From contig CATNEN010000034.1 in NCBI GenBank assembly GCA_950097015.1, positions 2,790,001-2,854,000 on the forward strand: a DNA stretch of 64,000 bases, read 5' to 3'. Positions 1 to 12,000 of this stretch are shown piece by piece. The position numbers were made by a program, and so were the translations under genes. Under the pieces are notes generated by a model. That model was not told the DNA's origin, made no database searches, and saw only the letters and a program-made list of their open reading frames with translations. The stretch comes from Macrostomum hystrix. Lineage: Eukaryota > Animalia > Platyhelminthes. Positions within the stretch are counted from its first letter, which is position 1. Each line of letters opens with the position of its first letter.

Positions 1-60
1 ATTAATATTTGAAACTGACTGAGCAGATCAGTAACCGAGCAGCTCTCTGAGTCCACTCAC

Positions 61-3000
61 CGGACTTGCACTGGCAGATGTAGCCATCCACAGTGTCGAT
101 GCAGTTGTGCACGGCTGGCAGGCAGTCGTTTGTACTATTTGACAGGCACTCGTTCAGCGGAGTGGCCACAACACTGAGGCCTGCCGCCGAGCCGCCCGAT
201 GTCACGGTGGCCGGCGTCTGCGGCGTCGAATAGCTGACTACGCCGGTAGCCACCACGCTGCCGTTGGTCATGGAGGAGACGCGGAATGTCGGCTGGCCGG
301 TGCCATCGCTTGGTAGGCCGAGCTCGAGCTGGGAAAAGAGTGAGACAAAAACTGGTCTGACTCTATGTCGTTTGAATATTAGCGGAATGGATTTGAAACA
401 ATTCGACCCGCTCCGCTAGCCCTTGACCACAAAAAGGCACAAGGAGATGAGCAAAAAACATAATTCCATTTCCCAATCCAAAGGTCATCATCCAATCCAA
501 ACGCATGCAAAGGTCAGTGGCAGAGTACAGAGTGGTCTAACGCATTGTCTCTCGCACCAAGGTCCCTGAGCTCGATTCAGAAGGCTTGATGGCTTGTCGT
601 GCAAATTAAGTCCTTGAGGGCCAACCTCCAAGGCACAGTGAGATTGTACACGGTCCGACGATGAGAAAGTCAGGACAGATGCACACACCTATGTGAGTAC
701 ACCTATGTCTGCGTACAGTGAGCGGAACGGGCAGCATTGCCTCCTCGCTTGCTGCAGGTCTATTGTCACTAAATGATGTGCCAGTGCTCTTAATAACCTA
801 ATACTAACATTAGCCGGTTTAACTCACGCGACTTTCGATGATGTGGGCCATCAGCAGGAACTCCTGGCTGTTGGGGTTGGCCAGGTTAGCCTGGTACACC
901 AGGTCAGTGAACGTGGCCTGCACTTGAATAGCGTAGGCGGCCGGTCTGCAGTGGGTGGCGTTCTCCCGCTTGTAGCCAAACTTGCACTTGCACAGCCAGG
1001 AGCCGACGAGATTGGCGCAGTCAGTGCTGCCCGGATCGCACCCGGATGTGCCGGCTAAGCACTCGTTGATTTCGATGCAAGTGTTGCTTGTTGAACTGCG
1101 AGAGAAGCCAGACTTGCAGATGCACTTCGGCTCATTGGTTGTGGAGTTGACTGAGCAGTCGACATTGTCTCCAGTCGGACACACAGTTGGGTACTCATTC
1201 CGGCGACCGCAGTAGTCAATGGCTGTTTTGTGTTTTGAATTTCAATGACAATCAAAGTCCTGCTTATTAGCAGAGCAACTTACCGAAAGTCGGTACACAG
1301 TAGAAATCAAGTTAGGGTTTAAGCATTCTACGAGTACTATAGTAGGCATGCCAGATACCTGCAAAGTAGCACTTACCGACGCACTGCCTGGCAGCATTGA
1401 GTTCGTAGTACTGCTTGCAGCTGCAGGTGTAGCCAGGATTCATTTCCGTACAGTTCCCATTCGGACTGCATGGGTTGCTGGCGCAGTACTTCATTGCTGA
1501 AGCGAAATTGTAGGAAGCCAAAATATAGCCTTATCAGGTAAGTATATAAAGGAAATAATCAAAATTCTAGTTTTGAATGCTAATGCATTTCGTCCACTGT
1601 GGACAGGGCTTGTATAGTTTATTTTAAATTATAAGTCGTTAAAATAAATACTCAGGTTGGAAAAATTGTTATTGTAGTCAGTTGAAAAATTAATGAACGT
1701 TCATAGTTTGGGACAAACGTTTTCGCTTGGTACAGATCAGGTCGGTCGAGTCAGGTTTTTTAAACGAGCCTAAAAAGCTGTAGCTGATTGTAAAGAATAG
1801 GTTGTTGGGCATTTGAAGGTCCAGCAGTCCATCTAGATAAAGGTAGGTGGTCACCGAAGATGGAGATGATGCAGGCACATTCGGGTGACATGCTGATCAA
1901 TTTTGAAGGCCTGGCAAGGCCGCACTGAGGCGCAGTGCTAATTCGTGTATAGGGGTGTATGAAATACACTAGCGCTTATGGAAAAAAATCTGACCTTCGG
2001 CCAGAAACATTGAATATCCCGACGGTCTGAAGAGCTGGCGACTTGATTCTTGTTTCAGAAGATGCGCAACAAAACGTTGGCGCGTGTTCTTGAGTTTCGT
2101 GAGCCTTCGTTGCTCCGTTCGGGTGCAGCACAAAAATTGTCAAAAAAAATTGGGGGGAAGTTCCCCCTTGGTAATTATACTATTAATGGAGGTGACCTTG
2201 AAAACTTGTATCGTTGGCCAATGAGGCCTTTTTGCTAGTCTATGGTTCGGCACATTGTAGGAACGCAAAAAAGTCGTGGCCATGGACTTAAATTGTCTGC
2301 ACGCTGTCTAAAATATGATTGGTCAATAATTGATACACCCCTAAATATATTATTCTCACCACTGCAATTGCTTTTGTCCCCTAGCAGTGTCTGAGGCGGC
2401 GGGCAGTTGCACGTGTCCATGTTGCCAATTCTGGCGCACAGATTCTGGTAGGAACAGATTGTGGAATTAGCGCAGGCAGTTTCAGCTCTGCAAGAGCCGG
2501 GCGTCCCTGATGACGTATTAAAACCACTAAAGCAGCTGCAGTTAAACCCTCCAGCTATGTTTGTGCAATTCTGCTGGCAGTTACTCAGGCTGGGGTTGTC
2601 ACACTCGTTCACATCGGTGCAGTTGGAAGATGGTGTGCTCTGCACATAGCCAGGATTGCAGCTGCAATAGTAGGAGCCGATTGTGTTAACGCATTTCGCA
2701 TTAGGGCAGATTTCAGTGTTGTTGCATTCGTTAAAATCTTGACACTGGCCAGATTGCAGGGTGTAACCGGGGCTGCAGTGGCAGGTGAAGCTGCCGACTG
2801 TATTCTTACAGGTCCGGTTCGCCGCGGTGTTGCAGTAGCCCAAAATGTTGCACTCGTTTATGTCTGAAAAATAGTCACTTAGTCCGGTTAGGTGGCAAGT
2901 TTCGTTACTATTAGGTTTCCTCTACAATATTTGTACACACGAGTACTAAGCTCATAAGGGAGTAAGTAGCTGAGCGGTCTAACGCATTTCCCTCTGGCAC

Positions 3001-6000
3001 CAAGGTCCCTGGGCTCGATTCCGCGGCGAGGCCACATTCATTTAGGGCGCAGCCGCCGAGAGAAGGCTTGGGGGCTTGTCGTGCAATTTACGCCCTTGAG
3101 GGCCAACCTCCAAGGCACACTGAACGTGTACACTGCCTGACGATGAGAAAGTCAGTGCAGATGTACAGTATCTGTGTGCGTGTGTGCTCAGGAGTCAACG
3201 AAATGGACAGAATTGCCTCGTGCTGGCTGCGGCTCCAGTGTCACCAAATAGTTTGCAATTTCGCGCAGCCCTCCTGCTATAGTTATTAATATTGTTCAGA
3301 TCTTACTATACTTTCGATTGAACGCACCTGAACAAAGTGTTTTGCTAGTACTGTTCGGATACTCGTATCCGTTGTTGCAGACGCACTGATAGCCCAGTGA
3401 GCTGGTCTGCAGCGCCGGGTCTAGACTGCGGCAGCTTTTGTACTCTGGGCCTGAGCACGAGCTAGAGTTGCACTGGTCAGTGTAGGAGCACACAGCCAGC
3501 TTGGGTGATGTCGCCACCTCGCTAGCCGCATAGTTGGCAGGACAGGCAGTGCAGGCGGTGACAGCGCTGCTGTTGCAGCTGTGGCAGTCTAGAGGGCAGG
3601 TTGGCACACTACAGCTGGCTGTGTAATAGTTAGCGTTGCACTTGCACACCGACAGGTAGATTTTGTCTGTGAATTTGTTGTTTGTATAGTGCTATAGTGG
3701 TTTAAAAATCCCTCCCTGGTTTTACTGGCAGTAGAAATTCTAAATTCCAGTTGACAAACCTCGACGGAAGTTCTGCCCTGGCGGACTAGTCAGGTAGCTG
3801 AAGTCCTCCACCGAGTTTTCGCAGGTGCCAGCAGTCCTGGAGGTTCGCTTGAGACGTACGCTCAACTGAACGAGGCTGGCACAGCCGGCCGTGGCTGAGA
3901 CACTGACAACAATTGGTGTCACATTGGCATTAACTACGGCGGGTGATGGCCACAGCAGGTGGCCGGTCTGATTCACGGTCAGATCGGCTGGTCCGGAGAC
4001 CTTAGCAAACGAGGTGCCGTTCGGCAATGCTCCTAAGATCATTGTGTCCAATCGGAATTCAAAATTAGTGCCCTCAGTAACTGAAATCTCCGTTCCACTC
4101 ATGTTCCACTGAGGCATCGAAGCGGTGCAGCCTGTGAAATCGGTCAGGGTCTGAGTGGCTGAAGCCAGCTGGTCAATGAAAGCCTTGGCGCATTGGCTGC
4201 CGCAGCTGGCAAATTCCATCAGGCAGTTCTGGTACTCCACCGAGTTGGTTGGAAAGGCAGCGCAGGTCTGCGGTATTAGAAAAACGTAAAGTCTTTGTTT
4301 CATAAAACAGTTTCTACGAGCTGTTCGCTCTTCCGAAGCTTCTTTCCAAGTAATCTCTGAAAAAAAGCTTAAAAAATTGTTTTCATTTTTTTCTTATTTT
4401 TACTTGCAATTTGAAGGCAAACTGTTTAGTCTGTCATAAGACAAACTCAGAGTAGGCCCATTAGTCAAGGGGTGAATGGCGGAGCGGTAGGCTTCGCGAT
4501 GGAGCACCAAGGTCCCTGAGCTCGAATCCGCGGCGAGGTCACATTTATTTGGCACGCAGCCTCGGAGAGAAGATTTGAGGGGCTTGTCGCGCAATTTACG
4601 CCCTTGAGGCCAACTCACTAGGCACAGTGAGAGTGTACACTGACAATCAAAATGTAAGGTCTTGTGGTGACTGGGCTGAATGAAAGTGCCCAGTGCACAT
4701 TGTGTGAGTGCGCTGCACCCCCCCGCACTTGGTTGTTTATTCTTTATCTCGGCCTGCGCCGCGCTGATTGGCTGGGCCATTTCGACCCTGCGCCTCTCCC
4801 CCTGTTGTTGTTCACTCGGCCGGCTTATACCGGTTGATGTACCCTCCCTCCCCCCTAGTTATTTATGCCGTGCGCTGCGCTGATTGGCGGGCCGTATTTT
4901 TTGGGGGTCTTGGGTCTGCCCTGGCCCCTCGGGGGTGGGGCTTTAGCCCCGGGCTCTCCCCCCCGCCGCGGTGCTATTTATTGTGGAGCGCTGGACCCTG
5001 GCCTCTGCCACCGCCGGCCCCCCTCAAGACAACTACGTACGACACCTAAAATCACGACTGCCTGGCCACCCTCTACGGGAACGCTGCCCTGCCTGAGTCA
5101 CACTACTCGACTGACTAACAATATACGGGTTTGACTTCCGGTCATCCGGCCCTGCCTGCGCCGCGCGACTGTGCGAACTTCTGGTTGGTAAGCCTTCGAC
5201 TCCGCGTTTGTCCTTTGCGGGCTAGCTTTAGGCACCTTAGAGGAAGTGGAGCGTCGTACGCCGATCCCCACCTCAACCAGTGTGCGTCGTACGCTCGCTG
5301 GAGGCCGTCGTGCGTCGTACGCTCGATCTGCCAAGCCCAACCGACTCTGTGTCGTACGCGGGTCGGTGGGGACGACCGTAGCCAGGGTCAGTACGCGAGC
5401 CCGGGTCCGTGGGGCGCCCCTGGGGATTGAGCCCTCGAGCCCCATCATCACAGTCTGATGTACACACACATGTTGCCTCTTCGCTGGCTGCGGTCACTGT
5501 TGTGGCCAGTGCCCGCAGCCCTGCTGCAACTATTTTAATACTACGAAGCCCAGTCTAACCTGATTAGCCGCTGCATAGACGGTGGCATTTCCACCGAACA
5601 GTGCCTGAATCTGCGTCTGGTTCCAGTCGGCCGACCAGTACAGGCCAGTCCAGCCAGACGGTGGTGCCGGCTCAGTGGGCGGCATTTTGAACAGACTCTC
5701 GTTTGTCATCAGTCGCCCTTCAAAAGTATTGAAGAGCAGCGTGAGTTTTGCATTGAGCATTTTTACTATGAAGACTATTAGAGCTTGTAGGCGAATACTC
5801 ACAGCTTTCCAAGGCCAAGCTCACTGTACTTCCGGTGGCTCCAGTGCGATTAACTAGGTCGTTATTTTTATTATCGTCGTAGATACCTAACAGTCCGGAT
5901 GTGATATTGAAATAACCGGTTCTGTCCAAGTACAGCGACACAGAGAGACCATTGGAGCTGCTTTGAGCCTGCAGAGTTTAAGAATTGCAGTTTATACACC

Positions 6001-9000
6001 GAATTCTGCCTTGTGATTTTCATGATCTCAGAGTTACTCACAGAAATCCAAGTCGAGCTGTCCGCGATGGCGCAAGCCAGTGAATTGCTCGTCAGCACCT
6101 TGAAAATTGCTGAAGCATAATTGAAATTAGAATGTCAGCAACTTGGCCAATCAAGAAAATTAGAAATGATGGAACTTTGAAAAGGCTTCATTACCATCCT
6201 TATTGAAGTTCTGGCCAATCAGATTGAGAGGCTTGTCACCAACCACTTGGAATGAGCCACTGGGACCGCTGACTGACACACTGCTGACCATGATTTGCTG
6301 TGTGGTCTGGTTCCAGTGAAACTGACAATTGATTGTGTTAAACTGGTCATCAATTGGTGACGGCTGGTGATACTTTTCTAGTTAATGATCCAGATAGATG
6401 GATTTCCCCTCAAATTTATGGATCAAGCCATAGGTCAAGCTAGTCATCAGGCTATAGATCTAGCTACTGATCAAGCTATAGATCTAGTCACCCGTCAAGC
6501 TATAGATCTAGCAACTCATCAAGCTATAGATCTAGCAACTCATCAAGCTTAAGATCTAGCAACTCATCAAGCTTTAGATCTAGATACTGATCAAGCTATA
6601 GATCTAGATACTGATCAAGCTACTGATCAAGCTATAGATCTAGCTACTGATCAAGCTATAGATCTAGCTACTCATCAAGCTATAGATCTAGCAACTCATC
6701 AAGCTTTAGATCTAGATACTGATCAAGCTATAGATCTAGATACTGATCAAGCTACTGATCAAGCTATAGATCTAGCTACTGATCAAGCTATAGATCTAGC
6801 TACTCATCAAGCTATAGATCTAGTCACCCGTCAAGCTATAGATCTAGCAACTCATCAAGCTTTAGATCTAGCAACTCATCAAGCTTTAGATCTAGATACT
6901 GATCAAGCTATAGATCTAGATACTGATCAAGCTATAGATCTAGCTACTGATCAAGCTACTGATCAAGCTATAGATCTAGCTACTGATCAAGCTATAGATC
7001 TAGATACTGATCAAGCTACTGATCAAGCTATAGATCTAGCTACTGATCAAGCTATAGATCTAGATACTGATCAAGCTATAGATCTAGCTACTGATCAAGC
7101 TACTGATCAAGCTATAGATCTAGATACTGATCAAGCTATAGATCTAGCTACTGATCAAGCTACTGATCAAGCTATAGATCTAGCAACTCATCAAGCTTTA
7201 GATCTAGCAACTCATTAATCTATAGATCTAGCTACTGATCAAGCTATAGACCTAGATACTGATCAAGCTATAGATCTAGCTACTGATCAAGCTACTGATC
7301 AAGCTATAGATCTAGATACTGATCAAGCTATAGATCTAGCTACTGATCAAGCTACTGATCAAGCTATAGATCTAGATACTGATCAAGCTATAGATCTAGC
7401 TACTGATCAAGCTACTGATCAAGCTATAGATCTAGATACTGATCAAGCTATAGATCTAGCTACTGATCAAGCTACTGATCAAGCTATAGATCTAGATACT
7501 GATCAAGCTATAGATCTAGCTACTGATCAAGCTACTGATCAAGCTATAGATCTAGCTACTGATCAAGCTATAGATCTAGATACTGATCAAGCTACTGATC
7601 AAGCTATAGATCTAGCTACTGATCAAGCTATAGATCTAGATACTGATCAAGCTATAGATCTAGCAACTCATCAAGCTTTAGATCTAGCAACTCATTAATC
7701 TATAGATCTAGCTACTGATCAAGCTATAGACCTAGATACTGATCAAGCTATAGATCTAGCTACTGATCAAGCTACTGATCAAGCTATAGATCAAGCTACT
7801 GATCAAGCTACAGATCTAGTCACCCGTCAAGCTATAAATCTAGCTACCCGTCAAGCTATAAATCTAGCTACCCGTCAAGGTATAGATCTAGCAACTCATC
7901 AAGCTATAGATCTAGCAACTCATTAATCTATAGATCTAGCTACTGATCAAGCTATAGATAAAGCAACCCGTCAAGCTATAGATCCAACAACTCATCAAGC
8001 TATAGATCTAGTCACCCGTCAAGCTATAGATCTAGCAACCCGTCAAGCTTTAGATCTAGCTACTGATCAAGCTACAGATCTAGCAACCCATCAAGCTATA
8101 GATCTAGCAACTCATCAAGCTATAGATCTAGCAACCCGTCAAGCTATAGATCTAGCTACTGATCTAGCTATACATTTATAGATCTAGCTTCTGAACAAGC
8201 CACAGACTTTTAGATCTAGCTTCTGATCTAGCTATAGATTTATAGATCTATCTTCTGATCAAGCCATAGATTTATAGATTTATAGATCTAGCTTCTGATG
8301 AAGCCATAGATTTATAGATTTATAGATCTAGCTTCTGATCAAGCCATAGACTTATAGATCTAGCTTCTGATCAAGCCATAGATTTATAGATTTATAGATC
8401 TAGCTTCTGATCAAGCCATAGACTTATAGATCTAGCTTCTGATCAAGCCATAGATTTATAGATCTAGCTTCTGATCAAGCCATAGATTTATAGATCTAGC
8501 TTCTGATCAAGCCATAGATTTATAGATCTAGCTTCTGATCAAGCCATAGATTTATAGATCTAGCTTCTGATTAAGCCATAGATTTATAAATCTAGCTACT
8601 GATCAAGCTATCGATCTAGCTACATATTTTGCTTGGGATCTAGCTATTTATCTAGATACTCCTCTAGGATCTTAGATATAGACACATTTTTCTGATCTGC
8701 TTAAGATTGTACAGCATGTGTAGCTACGAATTTCAACAACTGTCTAGATTCCATTCCATGAACTACATGAGCAACAATCAGCCGATTGCCTCACCTCAGC
8801 TGAATAGTTTGTGCTGCCCATGAAGCTGAGAGCAACGCCGGTAATGCCAGTGGTTGAATTCACTGCCGAGTTGATGTTGCGCATTCGCACCTGTACGCTC
8901 AGCTTGCTGCTTTTCACCAGCCAGAAGTCACCGATAGACAAGAACCTGCTCAGTTGACCGTCAAATGATCGCAGTTCGCCTGTGCCCATTGCGAAGCCTG

Positions 9001-12000
9001 TTGGGCGTTGAATAACAAAGTAGATTATTACTCAGTCACTGCTTTGCCCGACATATGCTTCAAGCTAAGCTTGTAGCAACGGACAAGAATGGAACTAGCT
9101 CAAACTGTTCTAGCTATCGATCTAGCTACGGATCTAGCTATGAATCTAGCTATGGATCTAGCTCAAACTGTTCTAGCTATCGATCTAGCTACGGATCTAG
9201 CTATGAATCTAGCTATGGATCTAGCTCAAACTGTTCTAGCTATCGATCTAGCTACGGATCTAGCTATGGATCTAGCTATGGATCTAGCTCAAACTGTTCT
9301 AGCTATCGATCTAGCTATGGATCTAGCTATGAATCTAGCTATGGATCTAGCTCAAACTGTTCTAGCTATCGATCTAGCTACGGATCTAGCTATGAATCTA
9401 GCTATCGATCTAGCTACGGATCTAGCTATGGATCTAGCTATGGGTCTAGCTATGGATCTAGCTATAGATCTAGCTATGGATCTAGCTATAGATCTAGCCA
9501 TGAATCTAGCTATCGATCTAGCTATGGATCTAGCTATGGATCTAGCTATGGATCTAGCTATAGATCTAGCTATGGATCTAGCTATGAATCTAGCTATGGA
9601 TCTAGCTATGGATCTAGCTACGGATCTAGCTATGGATCTAGCTATAGATCTAGCTATGGATCTAGCTATGGATCTAGCTATGGATCTAGCTCAAACTGTT
9701 CTAGCTATGGATCTAGCTATGGATCTAGCTATAGATCTAGCTATGGATCTAGCTATGAATTTAGCTATGGATCTAGCTATGGATCTAGCTCAAACTGTTC
9801 TAGCTATGGATCTAGCTATGGATCTAGCTATGGATCTAGCTATGGATCTAGCTATGGATCTAGCTATGGATCTAGCTATGGATCTAGCTCAAACTGTTCT
9901 AGCTATGGATCTAGCTATGGATCTAGCTATAGATCTAGCTATGGATCTAGCTATGAATTTAGCTATGGATCTAGCTATGGATCTAGCTCAAACTGTTCTA
10001 GCTATGGATCTAGCTATGGATCTAGCTATGGATCTAGCTATGGATCTAGCTATGGATCTAGCTACGGATCTAGCTATGGATCTGGCTATGGATCTAGCTA
10101 TGGATCTAGCTATGGGTCTAGCTATGGATCTAGCTATGGGTCTAGCTATGGATCTAGCTATAGATCTAGCTACGAATCTAGTAAATAATCTAGCTACGAA
10201 TCTAGCCATGGGTCTAGCAACATTCACAAACAGTGTCTCACTCACCAACAGCAGATGGACTCTGATAGCTGTCACTCGTAGGTGTGGGCAGTTTGGCATA
10301 GTACAGTTCGCACAAATTTGGCACGCGGTCACAGCAGTACTCATAGAGTTTCCGATTGAGATTCTCTGTCAGATTAGCAGCCGTGATATTAGAATAAGAT
10401 TTGTCGCGCAGCAGGCCTCCAGTAGCTGTGTCATAGGCGCAGCTAATCTGGGTGGCATTGACTGACTGCGAGAATGCCAGATTAAATACTGCAGGCTGGC
10501 CCGGGAGCCGGTTGTACCGCGGGTCGGCCATCGCCTGCCTGTAGGATCTGGGGCACAAGCCCAGGACGGCTTGTGTGATGGGCGGCTGCAGAGGCAAGGC
10601 TTCTTCCGTGAAACAGCGCTGCCTGTAGTTCGGAGTTGTGCCATTGTACAGCACTGTGAGCCTGGCTGTGGTGGTGACACCTGTCTCATAGTAAACAGAA
10701 TAATGCTTTTCATTTTATTTATTGTGTATATAATGCGGTTGAAAAGTGTCGGACTCAAAAACCTTAATAGTAGAACTACCCAGGCGGCGATCGCCCTTTA
10801 TCAGAGGTTGTAGCCTAGTAGTTAGGGCGTCGGACTAACGATTTGAAGGTCGGGGGTTCGATTCCCGACTCCGATGGAACAATTTGTGTCCTTTAGCAAG
10901 ACACTTAACTCTGCATTGCTTCAGTTCACCCAGCTGTTAAATGGGTACCAGCATTAGCTGGGATAATTGAAGGTGGGTGTGGCGTCCCCCCAGTCCATGG
11001 ACTGAACAGCTGTACGCAGCCTTCAGATGCGCCGCGCATTAGCTGCGGCTGTGCTGTCGGCTGCACACCTGCCCCCAATTGAGGCAGGTGTAATCAAATA
11101 AAAGGCGGCCAATTCTTCCGCCTCCCCCCCGACAGTTTTTGTGCTGCACCCGAACGGAGCAAAGCAAGGTCACGAAACTCAAGAACACGCGCCAACGTTT
11201 TGTTGCGCATCTTCTGAAACAATAGTCAAGTCGCCAGTTCTTCAGGCCGTCGAGATGATTCAATGATTCTGGCCGAAAGGTCAGATTTTTTTCCATAAGC
11301 GCTAGTGTATTTCATACACAGCTATACACGAATTAGCACTGCGCCTCAGTGCGGCCTTGCCAGGCCTTCAAATTTATGAGCATGTCACCTGAATGTGCCT
11401 GCATCATCTCCATCTTCGTTATTCACCTACCTTTATCCAGACGGATTTGCTGGACCTTCAAGGGCTACAACAGGTGGAACTAGGCCACTATGGACACCCT
11501 GACGCGAATTTCTCCAATTTCATTGATCAAGCCTAAACATTAGGCGCAGCTCAACCACAGGACACCATCGCCTAGTCTGTCAACCAATCAGTCACCACCC
11601 AACGCTGCTAGCATTCAGGCGCTGCCAAAATATTTTCCGGGGGGGGAGAAATTCCTTGGTATAAAAACAGCGTCCCCCCAGTCCATGGACTGAACAGCCG
11701 TACGCAGCCTTCAGATGCGCCGGTGAAGGCAACGGGGAATTATATGTCTTCCTTAAGGACACAAGTTGTTTCCCTCGGGTGAGATTCGAACTCCCGACCT
11801 TTCGTTTAAAAGTCCGAAGTTCAACAGTTATTGTAGCGGGCACGCACCGACTCCGATAGTCCTGGCCTGCAGGCTGGCTTGCACGCTGGTGCTCCGCTTG
11901 TCGCCTACAAGACTAGCTGAGCCGCCAGAGACTGTCCGGCTACCAATCAGAGTAGGCAGCCAATCAAAATAGTCCTTCATTGTGTTAGCCGCTGAGTACA

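Noticed and set aside
9055-10465. 377-aa SSYG-repeat ORF (adhesive- or cement-like) and 458-aa MDLA-repeat ORF
   Set aside because: Both are readings of a 12-bp intronic array antisense to the MUC4-like gene; no signal peptide, and two frames are open simply because the unit lacks stops there.
10805-10880. Possible tRNA-Val or tRNA-Lys genes (also 11770-11826 and 37880-37935)
   Set aside because: Acceptor and anticodon stems are mismatched and each continues into a CORE-like SINE body.
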